From Anaeromyxobacteraceae bacterium (GTDB taxonomy: Bacteria > Myxococcota > Myxococcia > Myxococcales > Anaeromyxobacteraceae): a DNA stretch of 64,000 nt. This document shows, in pieces, positions 1 through 9,853 of the stretch; position 1 is the stretch's first letter; each line of letters opens with the position of its first letter. The translations under genes were made by a program, and so were the position numbers. The stretch lies in the NCBI GenBank assembly GCA_032654565.1, contig JAULAX010000018.1:96001-160000 (forward strand), written 5' to 3'. The notes below the pieces were generated by a model that was given only the letters and a program-made list of their open reading frames with translations, did no database searches and was not told the DNA's origin.

Positions 1-1020
1 CTGCCGGCGGCGCGGGAGCACGCCCTGCTGGCGGAGCGCATGAGCCCCAGCGACGAGGGGGCGCGCCAGCTCACCGCGGCGCTCGACAAGGAGGGGAGCC
101 TGGGGCCGCTGCGGACCACCGCGGAGTGGGCCGAGCTGCTGGTGCACGCCGCCCTGCTGCCGCTCCTGCTGGTGGTCTCCGGGCGGATCCGCCGCGGGCT
201 GCGCCGCCGCCCCTGGGCGCGCCTGCTCGCCGTCTGGGTGGTGCCGGCGGCGGTGGTGGTCAACCTGCTCTCCTACCTGCTGGCTCCCTGGCTGGCCCGG
301 CGGATCGACCCGCGCATCTTCGAGGCCGGCACCGAGGTGCTGATCATCACCGGGTTGGCGGTGGCGGTGCTGACCCTGCTGCGTCGCGAGCCGACCGAGC
401 GCGAGTTCGCCGGGCAGGTGGTGCTGGCGCTGGGCGCCCACCCCGACGACATCGAGCTGGGCTGCGCCGGCTTCATCCTCAAGCTCAAGGCCAGCGGCGC
501 CCAGGTCCACGGCCTGACCCTGACCCGCGGCGAGCGCGGCACCGACCAGCCCGGGGTCAGGCCCGGGGAGAGCGCCCGGGCCGGACGCTACCTGGAGCTC
601 GACGGCCACGAGGTGCTCGACCTCCCCGACGCCGGGCTCCAGGACCGGGTGGGGGACGTCAAGGCGGCCATCGAGGCCAGGGTGAAGGCGCTGCGCCCCA
701 CCATCGTGCTCACCCACAGTGACGTGGACGTCCACGGCGACCACCGGGCGGTCCACGCCGCCACCCGCGAGGCGGCCCGCGGCGTCCCCACCGTGCTCTG
801 CTACGAGGACGTCTCCACCACCGAGCGCTTCCAGCCCAACCTGTTCGTGGACATCAGCCACTACCTGGAGGACCATCTCCGCGTCTGCGCCCTGCACGCC
901 ACCCAGGCCCACCGGGCCTACATGGATCCCGAGGTGATCAAGGGACGGGCCGCCCACCGCGGCCTCCAGGCCGGCGCCCGGTACGCGCTGGCCTTCCGCT
1001 CCCTGGTGCTGGTGCGCTGA
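1..1020 (+). CDS. PIG-L/LmbE-family deacetylase with N-terminal membrane segments (probably 5'-truncated by the window)
   Basis: AHPDDIE and HGDH metal-binding motifs; hydrophobic helices upstream; frame is open from base 1. Confidence 0.8.
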   Translation: MPAAREHALLAERMSPSDEGARQLTAALDKEGSLGPLRTTAEWAELLVHAALLPLLLVVSGRIRRGLRRRPWARLLAVWVVPAAVVVNLLSYLLAPWLARRIDPRIFEAGTEVLIITGLAVAVLTLLRREPTEREFAGQVVLALGAHPDDIELGCAGFILKLKASGAQVHGLTLTRGERGTDQPGVRPGESARAGRYLELDGHEVLDLPDAGLQDRVGDVKAAIEARVKALRPTIVLTHSDVDVHGDHRAVHAATREAARGVPTVLCYEDVSTTERFQPNLFVDISHYLEDHLRVCALHATQAHRAYMDPEVIKGRAAHRGLQAGARYALAFRSLVLVR

Positions 1021-1024
1021 AGTT

Positions 1025-3409
1025 ATGACCGCCCTGCACGCCGTCTTCTGGGCCTTCGGCCTGACGGTCTTCGTCCTCGGGCTCCAGGGGGCGGTCTACT
1101 TCCCGCTCACCCTGGCCTACGAGGCCTGGAAGCGGCGGACCCTGCGCCGCCTGGCCCCGTTCACCGGGCGGGTCAGCGTGGTGGTCCCGGCCTTCAACGA
1201 GGCCCGCACCATCCGGGTCAGCGTCGAGACGGTGCTGGAGTCGAGCTGGCCCGGCCTCGAGGTGATCGTGGTCGACGACGGCTCGACCGACGGCACCGCC
1301 GAGCAGGTGCAGCCCCTGGCCGACGCCGGCCGCATCCGGCTGCTCCGCCAGGCCAACGCCGGCAAGGCCCGCGCCCTCAACGCCGGCATCGCCGTCGCCA
1401 CCGGCGAGGTGGTGGTCTACACCGACGCCGACAGCCTCTTCCTGCGCGACACCGTGGCCCTCCTGGTGCGCTGGTTCGCCGACCCGGCCATCGACGCCGT
1501 CTGCGGCAACGACGCCCCGCTGCGGGCCGGCACCGCGCTGCAGAAGCTCCTGGTGGTCACCACCCACATCGGCACCGGCTACGTGCGGCGGGCGCTCTCG
1601 ATGCTCCGCTGCCTGCCCATCATCTCCGGGAACCTCGGCGCCATCCGCCGGCGGGTGCTCGACGAGGTGGGCGGCTTCGAGCCGATCTGGGGCGAGGACC
1701 TGGAGCTCACCTGGCGGCTCCAGCTGGCCGGCAAGCGGATCGTCTTCGACCCCGAGCCGGTGGTGCTGGCCGACTGCCCGGCCACCCTGGGCGGGCTCTG
1801 GCGGCAGCGGGTCCGCTGGGTGCGCAGCTACCTCAAGATCGCCCGGCGCTACCGGGGGCGGTTCCTGGCGCGCGACGCCTGGCCCTTCTCGCTCTACCTG
1901 CCCCTCAACTTCGCCAACATGGCGCTGGTGCCGCTGCTGCAGACCGGCCTGCTGCTGCTGCTGCCCCTGGCCCTGTCGCGGGGCTGGCTCGCCCTCCACG
2001 GCCCGTGGGAGCTGGCCGCCTGGCTGGGGCTGGTCTTCTTCTTCGCGGTGGCGGTCTACGCCATCCTCCTCGACCGGGAGTGGCGCGACCTGGCCTACCT
2101 GCCCTGGGGCCTGCTGATCCTGCCGGTGTCGTACGTCCTGAACGCCGTCGTCATCTACTCATGGTGGAAAGAGATGAATCGAGCCGAGGAGAAGTGGGAG
2201 AAGCTGGGGCGCCTCGAGGCGACGACGGGCGCGGGGCGGCGGCCCTGGGGATCGTGGCTGGCGCTGGCGGTCATGCTGGGGACGGTGGCGGGCGCGCTGG
2301 CCCTCCTGCAGTCGCAGCGTCCGGCCCCGGCGACGGTGGTGGGCGCCGGCGGGACCCCGCTGGCCTGGGCCGGGAGCGGCGTGGCCCGGCCGGTCTTCTC
2401 GCTCGGGCTCTCCACCCACTTCAACCCCTACGGTGACTGGAACGACGCCGTCCGCAGCGTGCTGGCGCGACCCCTGGTGGGGCTGGGCCGGGTGGTCGGG
2501 GTGGAGGCGGGCCGCGCCGAGTGGACCTACTTCCGCTGGGCCGGGCAGGAGGCGCGCTGGTCGAACCACCAGAAGGGGGCCAGCGAGGACCTGCTGGCCA
2601 CCGCGGCCGCCGCGCTGCGGGCCCGGGGCTTCCAGGTGGCCGCCTACGTCGATCTCTACGCCCCCACCTGGATCGCCGCCCACCCCGGGAGCGCCGCCAT
2701 CCTCGCCGACGGGACGCCCCACCCCGAGCAGGTCAGCCTCGCCGAGCTGGCCGACGGGCCCTTCGGGGCCCTGGTGGTCCAGATGGTGGAGGAGCTCGCC
2801 CGCACCCAGGCGGTCGACGCCATCGACCTCACCGAGGCGGCCTACCGCCAGACCTCCTTCGGTCCGGCCGACCTCGCCTCCTTCCGCACCATCAGCGGGC
2901 GGCCCGACTGGCCCCGCGACTGGCGCGGCCGGCCCGACGTGGAGGACCCTGCGGTCTGGGCCTGGAAGTCGGCGCTGATGGAGCGCTTCGTGCAGCGCGC
3001 CGCCGAGGCGGCCCACCGCCACGGCAAGCAGCTCTGGATGGACGTGGCGGCCAGCTGGAAGGACCTGAAGCGGGACGGCCGCGACCACGGCCACGACTAC
3101 GCGCTCCTGCTGCGCCACGCCGACCGGCTGGTGGTCTGGAACTACCACTGGCTGGAGGGGCTCCCGGCCACGGCCTCGACCGAGCTGGCCCGGCGGCTGG
3201 CGGCGACGCTCCCGGCCGGACGCTGGAGCATGTCGGTGGGGCTGTGGGGGCCGGAGGGGAAGGCCATCACCCCGGCGCAGCTGGGCCAGACCCTGGCGGC
3301 GTCGCTGGAGGGCGGGGCCCGCGACCTCTGGGTCACCCCCAACGACCAGGTCACCGACGCCCACTGGAACGCCCTGCTGCAGGCCTGGCTGGCGCCGGCC
3401 CCGCGCTGA
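1025..3409 (+). CDS. Processive GT2 glycosyltransferase fused to a C-terminal extracytoplasmic glycoside-hydrolase-like domain
   Basis: DDGS, DAD, GED and QRVRW motifs, several TM helices, then a ~340-aa soluble domain (GH assignment is inferred). Confidence 0.75.
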   Translation: MTALHAVFWAFGLTVFVLGLQGAVYFPLTLAYEAWKRRTLRRLAPFTGRVSVVVPAFNEARTIRVSVETVLESSWPGLEVIVVDDGSTDGTAEQVQPLADAGRIRLLRQANAGKARALNAGIAVATGEVVVYTDADSLFLRDTVALLVRWFADPAIDAVCGNDAPLRAGTALQKLLVVTTHIGTGYVRRALSMLRCLPIISGNLGAIRRRVLDEVGGFEPIWGEDLELTWRLQLAGKRIVFDPEPVVLADCPATLGGLWRQRVRWVRSYLKIARRYRGRFLARDAWPFSLYLPLNFANMALVPLLQTGLLLLLPLALSRGWLALHGPWELAAWLGLVFFFAVAVYAILLDREWRDLAYLPWGLLILPVSYVLNAVVIYSWWKEMNRAEEKWEKLGRLEATTGAGRRPWGSWLALAVMLGTVAGALALLQSQRPAPATVVGAGGTPLAWAGSGVARPVFSLGLSTHFNPYGDWNDAVRSVLARPLVGLGRVVGVEAGRAEWTYFRWAGQEARWSNHQKGASEDLLATAAAALRARGFQVAAYVDLYAPTWIAAHPGSAAILADGTPHPEQVSLAELADGPFGALVVQMVEELARTQAVDAIDLTEAAYRQTSFGPADLASFRTISGRPDWPRDWRGRPDVEDPAVWAWKSALMERFVQRAAEAAHRHGKQLWMDVAASWKDLKRDGRDHGHDYALLLRHADRLVVWNYHWLEGLPATASTELARRLAATLPAGRWSMSVGLWGPEGKAITPAQLGQTLAASLEGGARDLWVTPNDQVTDAHWNALLQAWLAPAPR

Positions 3410-3460
3410 GTCAGCCCAGCGCCAGGCAGGCGCAGCCGCTCCCGGCCCGCGGCGCCGCGG

Positions 3461-4237
3461 TCAGGAGAGCGCCCGCCAGAGCAGCCCCACCGCCACGGTG
3501 AGCTGGAAGACCGCGAAGCCGCGCACCAGCGTCGGGCCGGCCACCCGGCGCGTCACCCGGGCGCCGACGGCACCGCCCAGCAGGAAGCCGCCGGCCACGC
3601 AGCCGACCACCAGCCAGGGCAAGCCGCCCTGGGCGCGGGCGTAGACCAGCACGCCGGGCAGGCCGACCGGCGGCAGCATCACCGCCAGGCTGGTCCCCTG
3701 GGCCTCGTGCTGCCGGAGGCCAAGCACCGCCACCAGCAGCGGGATCATCAGCACCGCGCCGCCGATGCCGAGCAGCCCGGAGGAGGCCCCGCCGAGCGCG
3801 CCGATCCAGAGGGCGTGGACCAGCGCCACCCGGGAGGGCGCCGCCGGCGCCGGCGCGGGCCCATCGCCCGGGGCCCGCTCCGCCGCCCGCCAGTTGCGGA
3901 TCGCCAGCGCCACCAGGAAGAGCACGAAGCCGAGCCGCAGCGGCCGCTCCGCCACCGCGGTGGCCGCCAGCGACCCCAGCCAGACGCCGCCGAGGAAGCC
4001 GGCCACCAGCGGGGTCACCAGCCGCCAGCGGACCTGGCCGGCCCGGTGGTACTCCACCACCGCCGCCAGGCCGACCGGCAGGAGCAGGATGGCCAGCGTC
4101 ATCCCCTGGGCGTCGTGCTGGCCCAGCCCCAGCAGCAGCGCCAGCAGCGGCACCAGCACCACCCCGCCGCCGATGCCGAAGACCCCGGAGAGCAGGCCGG
4201 CCACCAGCCCGGCCAGCGAGCTCAGGATCCAGGTCAC
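3461..4237 (-). CDS. Sulfite exporter TauE/SafE family membrane protein
   Basis: Duplicated G(V/L)(F/L)GIGG(G/A)V motif, 8 TM pattern; GTG overlaps the kinase stop codon. Confidence 0.85.
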   Translation of the reverse strand: MTWILSSLAGLVAGLLSGVFGIGGGVVLVPLLALLLGLGQHDAQGMTLAILLLPVGLAAVVEYHRAGQVRWRLVTPLVAGFLGGVWLGSLAATAVAERPLRLGFVLFLVALAIRNWRAAERAPGDGPAPAPAAPSRVALVHALWIGALGGASSGLLGIGGAVLMIPLLVAVLGLRQHEAQGTSLAVMLPPVGLPGVLVYARAQGGLPWLVVGCVAGGFLLGGAVGARVTRRVAGPTLVRGFAVFQLTVAVGLLWRALS

Positions 4238-5283
4238 GGTCCGTGCCCGAGCACGCGCAGGACCTCGGCGGCGCTCCCGTAGCGCGCCTCGGGGAGCTTG
4301 GCCAGGCAGGTCTCGGCCACCGCCGCCAGGGCCGGGTCGACGCCCGGGTTGAGCGAGGCCAGCGGGGGCGGGTCGTCGTGGAGGATCTGCTGCCAGAGCG
4401 TGGCCGGGTCGCTGGTGGTGAAGGGCGGCGCGGCGCTGAGCAGCTCGTAGAGGATGACGCCCAGGCTGTAGAGGTCGCTGCGCGAGTCGACCAGGTGGCC
4501 CTGGGCCTGCTCCGGCGACATGTAGCGGTAGGTGCCGACCACCCGCCCGGCGCCGGTGAGCGGCTCGGAGCCGTCGTCGTGCTTGACCAGGCCGAAGTCC
4601 ATGAGCCGGGCGGTGCGGTGGTCGTCCACCATGATGTTGGAGGGCTTGAGGTCGCGGTGGACCAGCTGGTGGCGGTGGATGTAGTCGAGCCCGGCCAGCA
4701 CCTGGCGCAGCGCCGCCGAGAGCCGCTCCATGCGGCGCGGCCGGTTGAGGGCGGCGGCCAGGTCCAGGGAGAGCGGCGCCCGGGGCGTCGGCCGGATCCC
4801 GCCGGCCCGCTCCGGGGGCGGCGGCGGGATGCCGTCGGGGGCCGTCTCCGGCTCCTCCATCATGGTGGCCAGCGCCCGGATGGCTTCGGCGCCCAGCTCC
4901 CCGGGATCGCCGAAGCAGCCGGAGACGGTGAGCAGCGAGGCGTCGGCGCTGGGCGGCCGCAGGGTTCGCGGCTCGTCGATGGCCGGCGAGAGGAAGGCCC
5001 GCAGGTCGAGCCCCTCCACCAGCTCCATGGCCAGGTAGGAGTACCCCTCGTGGACCCCGGCCTCGTAGACGCGGACCACGTTGGGGTGGTCGAGCCTGCG
5101 CAGCACCTCGAACTCGCGGGCCAGCCGGCGGGCGGCGCGGGCGTCCACCAGGGGGGCGGGCCCGAGCAGCTTGAGGGCTGCCAGCCGCCGGGTGGTCCGG
5201 TGGATGCTCTTGTAGACCACGCCGACGCCACCCCGGCCGATGACCGAGATCAGCTCCCACGGGCCGATGAAGTGAGGGACCAC
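4234..5283 (-). CDS. Hanks-type Ser/Thr protein kinase
   Basis: GRGGVG, ALK, HRDLKPSN, DFG, YMSPE, DLYSLG motifs; start placed at the GTG just after a -10 box. Confidence 0.9.
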   Translation of the reverse strand: MVPHFIGPWELISVIGRGGVGVVYKSIHRTTRRLAALKLLGPAPLVDARAARRLAREFEVLRRLDHPNVVRVYEAGVHEGYSYLAMELVEGLDLRAFLSPAIDEPRTLRPPSADASLLTVSGCFGDPGELGAEAIRALATMMEEPETAPDGIPPPPPERAGGIRPTPRAPLSLDLAAALNRPRRMERLSAALRQVLAGLDYIHRHQLVHRDLKPSNIMVDDHRTARLMDFGLVKHDDGSEPLTGAGRVVGTYRYMSPEQAQGHLVDSRSDLYSLGVILYELLSAAPPFTTSDPATLWQQILHDDPPPLASLNPGVDPALAAVAETCLAKLPEARYGSAAEVLRVLGHGP

Positions 5284-5363
5284 GGCGTGAGCATAGAAAC
5301 GGCACGCTCCACCGGTCAAACAGCCGGACCATGGCGGGGGTGGTCCCGTGCTATAGACCGCAC

Positions 5364-6122
5364 GTGCCGGGACCGTCCGACACCCCTGAGTTGGAGGCGC
5401 GCGTCCGCGCCCGGCCGCTGCCCCGCCACGTCGCCATCATCATGGATGGCAACGGGCGCTGGGCGCAGGGTCGTGGGCTGCCGCGCGTGGCCGGCCACCG
5501 CGAGGGGGCCGCCGCGGTCCGCGCCGTGACCCGCGCCGCCCGCCGGCTCGGCCTCGAGGCCCTCACCCTCTACGCCTTCTCCATGCAGAACTGGTCGCGC
5601 CCGGCCGACGAGGTCGAGGCGCTGATGATGCTGCTGGTCGAATTCCTCGAGAAGGAGCAGCAGGAGCTGCTCACCAACGGCATCCGGCTCAACGCCATCG
5701 GCGACCTGGCCCGGCTGCCGGCCGAGGTGGGCTCGCGGCTGGCGGCGGTGCGCCAGGCCACCGCCGGCGCGACCGGGATGGTGCTGACGCTGGCGCTCTC
5801 CTACGGCGGTCGCGAGGAGCTGGTCCACGCCGCCCAGGTGGCGGCAGGGCGCGGCGGGCCCATCGACGAGGCGGCGCTGGAGGCCGGGCTCTGGACCCAC
5901 GGCCTGCCCGACCTCGACCTGCTGGTGCGGACCAGCGGCGAGCGGCGCATCTCCAACTTCCTGCTCTGGCAGGCCGCCTACGCCGAGCTCTACTTCACCG
6001 ACACCCACTGGCCGGCCTTCGACGAGCGCGAGCTGCTGCTGGCGGTGGCCGACTTCCAGGCGCGGCAGCGCCGCTTCGGTCTCACCGGCGAGCAGGTCGC
6101 CTCGAAGGGCGGGCGGGAATGA
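5364..6122 (+). CDS. uppS: Undecaprenyl diphosphate synthase
   Basis: HVAIIMDGNGRWA and RTSGERRISNFLLWQ motifs. Confidence 0.95.
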   Translation: MPGPSDTPELEARVRARPLPRHVAIIMDGNGRWAQGRGLPRVAGHREGAAAVRAVTRAARRLGLEALTLYAFSMQNWSRPADEVEALMMLLVEFLEKEQQELLTNGIRLNAIGDLARLPAEVGSRLAAVRQATAGATGMVLTLALSYGGREELVHAAQVAAGRGGPIDEAALEAGLWTHGLPDLDLLVRTSGERRISNFLLWQAAYAELYFTDTHWPAFDERELLLAVADFQARQRRFGLTGEQVASKGGRE

Positions 6123-6949
6123 AGACCATGGACGCCGGCAACCGCCGCAACCTCTTCGAGCGGGCCATCTCGGCGCTGGTGCTGCTCCCGGTGGCCATCT
6201 GGCTCACCTGGCTGGGCGGCTGGCCCTTCGCCGGGCTGGTGGCGGTGGCCGCCGGCCTGTGCGCGGTGGAGCTGCTGCTGATGTTCGGGCCGCTCAAGCT
6301 GGCCGAGTGGTACGGGGTGCTGATCGCCGGCGCCATCCCGCTGCTGGCGGCGCTCCACCGCGGCCGGGCGCTGCTCCCCGACTGGGCCCCGCTGGGGGTG
6401 GCCTTCGCCACCCTGGCGCTGCTCGGCCTGCTGCTCTTCACCCACGACACCCAGGCCGAGGTGCCGGCCCGGGCCGGCCGGATCACCCTGGCCTGGCTCT
6501 ACTTCGGCCTGCTGGCCTCGATGCTGGTCGGCCTGCGGGTGCAGGGCGGTACCGCCTGGGTGGTGCTGGCCTTCGTGGTCACCTGGGCCAACGACACCTT
6601 CGCCTACTTCGCAGGGATGTTCTTCGGCAAGCACCTGCTCTACGAGAAGGTGAGCCCGAAGAAGACCTGGGAGGGGTTCGCCGGCGGCGCCGCCGGGAGC
6701 GTCGTCGGCGCCCTGGTGGTCCGGGCCACGCTGCTGCCGGAGCTCCCGGTGACCCTGGCCATCCTGCTCGGCGCCGGGGCCGCGGTGCTCGGGCCCATGG
6801 GCGACTTCACCGAGTCGCTGCTGAAGCGGTCGGCCGGCGTCAAGGACTCGGGCAAGCTCATCCCCGGCCATGGCGGGCTGCTCGACCGGATCGACGCGCT
6901 GCTCTTCGTGGTCCCCTGGGTCTACCTGTTCGTGCGCTGGCTCGCGTAG
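6119..6949 (+). CDS. cdsA: Phosphatidate cytidylyltransferase
   Basis: SPKKTWEG and KDSGKLIPGHGGLLDRID motifs. Confidence 0.95.
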   Translation: MKTMDAGNRRNLFERAISALVLLPVAIWLTWLGGWPFAGLVAVAAGLCAVELLLMFGPLKLAEWYGVLIAGAIPLLAALHRGRALLPDWAPLGVAFATLALLGLLLFTHDTQAEVPARAGRITLAWLYFGLLASMLVGLRVQGGTAWVVLAFVVTWANDTFAYFAGMFFGKHLLYEKVSPKKTWEGFAGGAAGSVVGALVVRATLLPELPVTLAILLGAGAAVLGPMGDFTESLLKRSAGVKDSGKLIPGHGGLLDRIDALLFVVPWVYLFVRWLA

Positions 6950-7026
6950 AGCTCGCCGGCTGGCCTGGCGGCAGGGGCCCGCCGGTGGTTGAGCCGGGCC
7001 CGTTCCGCGTGATAGGGTCCGGCCCC

Positions 7027-8178
7027 ATGCGGCGCCTCGCCATCCTCGGCTCCACCGGCTCCGTCGGCGTCCAGGCGCTCGACGTGGTGTCGCGCTTCCC
7101 GGACCGCTTCGAGGTGGTGGCGCTGGCGGCCGGCCGCAACGTCGAGCGGCTGGCCGAGCAGGCCCGGCGCTTCCGTCCCCGCCTGGTGGCGGTGGCCGAC
7201 GCCAGCGCCGCCGGGGCGCTCCGGGCCCTGGTCCCGGCCGGCACCGAGGTGCGCGGCGGCGACGACGCGGTGGTGGCCGCGGCCGCCCACCCCGACGTCG
7301 ACTTCGTGCTGGCCGCCATCTCCGGCGGCGCCGGGCTGCGCTCCACCGCCGCCGCGGTCGAGGCCGGCAAGGACGTGGGGCTGGCCAACAAGGAGTCGCT
7401 GGTGCTGGCCGGCGAGCTGATGATGCGGCGGGCCGCCGAGCGCGGCGGGGCCATCCTGCCGGTCGACAGCGAGCACTCGGCCATCCACCAGTCGCTGCGC
7501 GGGCACAACCACGCCGAGGTGCGGCGGCTCATCCTCACCGCCTCGGGCGGGCCGCTGCGCGAGGTGGCCGCCGGCGAGCTCGCCGGGGTGACCCCGGCGC
7601 GGGCCCTCAAGCACCCCACCTGGACCATGGGCGACAAGATCACCATCGACTCGGCGACCCTGATGAACAAGGGGCTGGAGGTGATCGAGGCCCGCTGGCT
7701 CTTCGACGTCGAGCCGGCCCGCATCGACATCGTCGTCCACCCGGAGTCGATCGTGCACTCCATGGTGGAGTACATCGACGGCTCGATCGTGGCCCAGCTG
7801 GGCATCTCCGACATGCGGGGCCCCATCAGCTACGCCATGGGTCACCCGGAGCGGCTGCCGCTCGACCTGCCGCCGCTCGACCTGGCCCGGCTCGGCCAGC
7901 TCTCCTTCGAGGAGCCCGACCCGGTCCGCTTCCCGGCCTACCGGCTGGCCTACCGGGCCCTGGAGCTGGGCGGGACGGCCCCGGCGGTGCTCTCCGGCGC
8001 CGACGAGGCGGCCGTGGCCGCCTTCCTCGGCGGGCGCTGCCGCTTCACCGACATCGCCCGGCTCTGCGCCGAGGTGCTGGAGGCCCACGCCGTCGAGCGG
8101 CTCGCCTCGGTGGAGCAGGCGCTGGCCGCCAGCGACTGGGGACGGCGCGAGGCCGACCGCCGGGTTATGAAGGCCTGA
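7027..8178 (+). CDS. dxr: 1-deoxy-D-xylulose-5-phosphate reductoisomerase
   Basis: LGSTGSVG, LANKESLV, PVDSEH, KITIDSATLMNKGLE motifs. Confidence 0.95.
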   Translation: MRRLAILGSTGSVGVQALDVVSRFPDRFEVVALAAGRNVERLAEQARRFRPRLVAVADASAAGALRALVPAGTEVRGGDDAVVAAAAHPDVDFVLAAISGGAGLRSTAAAVEAGKDVGLANKESLVLAGELMMRRAAERGGAILPVDSEHSAIHQSLRGHNHAEVRRLILTASGGPLREVAAGELAGVTPARALKHPTWTMGDKITIDSATLMNKGLEVIEARWLFDVEPARIDIVVHPESIVHSMVEYIDGSIVAQLGISDMRGPISYAMGHPERLPLDLPPLDLARLGQLSFEEPDPVRFPAYRLAYRALELGGTAPAVLSGADEAAVAAFLGGRCRFTDIARLCAEVLEAHAVERLASVEQALAASDWGRREADRRVMKA

Positions 8179-8195
8179 GCACGGGGACGCACGAC

Positions 8196-9839
8196 ATGGA
8201 CATCCTCTTCAAGGCCGGCTCGGTGGTGGCGCTCCTCGCCGGGCTCATCTTCGTCCACGAGCTGGGCCACTTCCTGGTGGCCAAGCTGCTCCACGTCAAG
8301 GTGCTGCGCTTCTCGGTCGGCTTCGGGGCCCGCCTCGCCGGCTTCACCTGGGGTGAGACGGAGTACCGGCTCTCGGTGCTGCCCCTGGGCGGCTACGTGA
8401 AGATGGCCGGGGAGGACCCGACCCAGCCCGTCGCCCCCGAGGACCAGGGGCGCACCTTCCTGGAGCAGCCGCCGTGGAAGCGGCTGGCCATCGCCTTCGC
8501 CGGGCCGGCCGCCAACCTGGTCTTCCCCTTCGTGGTCTACCTGGCGCTGGGGCTGGGGCAGAACGGCAGCCTGGTGCCGGGGCCGGTCATCGGCAGCGTG
8601 GCGCCGGGCTCCCCGGCGGCGGTGGCCGGGCTGGTGGCCGGCGACCGGATCGAGGCGGTCCAGCCCCCCGGCGGGGCGGCCCGGACCGTCCGCTACTTCT
8701 CCGACCTGCGCGAGCTGGTGTCGCCGCGCCCCGGCGTGCCGCTGGCCTTCTCGATCCGGCGTGGTGAGCAGCGGCTCCAGCTGCAGATCACGCCGGCGCG
8801 GGAGGAGGACGTCAACCCGGTCGAGACCCGCCCCATCGGCATCATCGGCGTCACCCCGGTCTTCGCCGCGGCGCTGGCCGCTCCCGCCCCGGGCCTGGCC
8901 TCGCCGCTCCAGCCGCTCGATCTCGTCACCGGCGTCGACGGGCGACCGGTGCGCCACGCTGGGGAGCTGGAGGCGGCGCTGGCCGCGGCCGGCTGCCGGC
9001 CGGTGGACCTCGAGGTGCGGCGCGGCGTCGGCAAGGCCCGCGCCCCGGCCAAGCTCAGCGGGGTGCCGACCTGCGACGCCGGCGGTGCCAGCGCCATCCT
9101 GCCCGCCGACCCCAGCGTCTCGGCCTACGTGAGCCGGGTGGACGAGGGCTCCCCGGCGGCGGCGGCCGGCATCGGGCGCGGCGCCCGGCTGGTGTCGGTC
9201 AACGGCACCCCCATCCGCGCCGGGCGGGACCTCAACGCCGTGGCCAGGGAGTTCCAGCCGGGCCGGCCGGTGGCCATCGGCCTCGGCGACGGCCGCACCA
9301 TCTCGCTGGTGCCGGGCGAGGAGCGGTTCAAGGACGAGGTGACCCGCGAGCCGCGCCGCCGCCCGGTCATCGGCTTCCACCTCGAGGACCGGGCCGGCGT
9401 CGACACCCGGGCGCTGATGGCCGAGGAGGTGGCGCTGCAGCGCACCCCCGGCGAGGTGGCCCGGGTGGCCGCCGACCAGCTGGTCGAGGTGGTCCGGCTC
9501 ACCATGATCGGCATCTACAAGATCGTCACGCTGCAGCTCAGCTTCAAGAACGTGGGCGGCACGCTGATGCTCTTCCAGATCGCCAGCGAGGCGGCCGAGG
9601 CCGGCCTCAAGGTCTTCCTCTTCCAGATGGCGCTGATCAGCGTCAACCTCGGGCTGATGAACCTGCTCCCCATCCCGGTGCTCGACGGCGGCCACATCGT
9701 CACCGCGCTCATCGAGGGGGCGACGCGCCGCCGGCTCTCGATGCGGGCCCGGGAGGCGGCCAACTGGGTGGGGCTGGCGCTGCTGCTCAGCCTGATGGTG
9801 CTCGCCTTCGCCAACGACGTGATCCGGATCTGGGGGTAG
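8196..9839 (+). CDS. rseP: RIP metalloprotease RseP with PDZ domains
   Basis: HELGH and NLLPIPVLDGG motifs; conserved position after dxr. Confidence 0.93.
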   Translation: MDILFKAGSVVALLAGLIFVHELGHFLVAKLLHVKVLRFSVGFGARLAGFTWGETEYRLSVLPLGGYVKMAGEDPTQPVAPEDQGRTFLEQPPWKRLAIAFAGPAANLVFPFVVYLALGLGQNGSLVPGPVIGSVAPGSPAAVAGLVAGDRIEAVQPPGGAARTVRYFSDLRELVSPRPGVPLAFSIRRGEQRLQLQITPAREEDVNPVETRPIGIIGVTPVFAAALAAPAPGLASPLQPLDLVTGVDGRPVRHAGELEAALAAAGCRPVDLEVRRGVGKARAPAKLSGVPTCDAGGASAILPADPSVSAYVSRVDEGSPAAAAGIGRGARLVSVNGTPIRAGRDLNAVAREFQPGRPVAIGLGDGRTISLVPGEERFKDEVTREPRRRPVIGFHLEDRAGVDTRALMAEEVALQRTPGEVARVAADQLVEVVRLTMIGIYKIVTLQLSFKNVGGTLMLFQIASEAAEAGLKVFLFQMALISVNLGLMNLLPIPVLDGGHIVTALIEGATRRRLSMRAREAANWVGLALLLSLMVLAFANDVIRIWG

Positions 9840-9853
9840 GCTCTTCCCACCCC

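Noticed and set aside
3461..5332. 623-aa kinase/TauE fusion
   Set aside because: The upstream part is an off-frame overlap of the kinase; TauE starts at GTG 4237.
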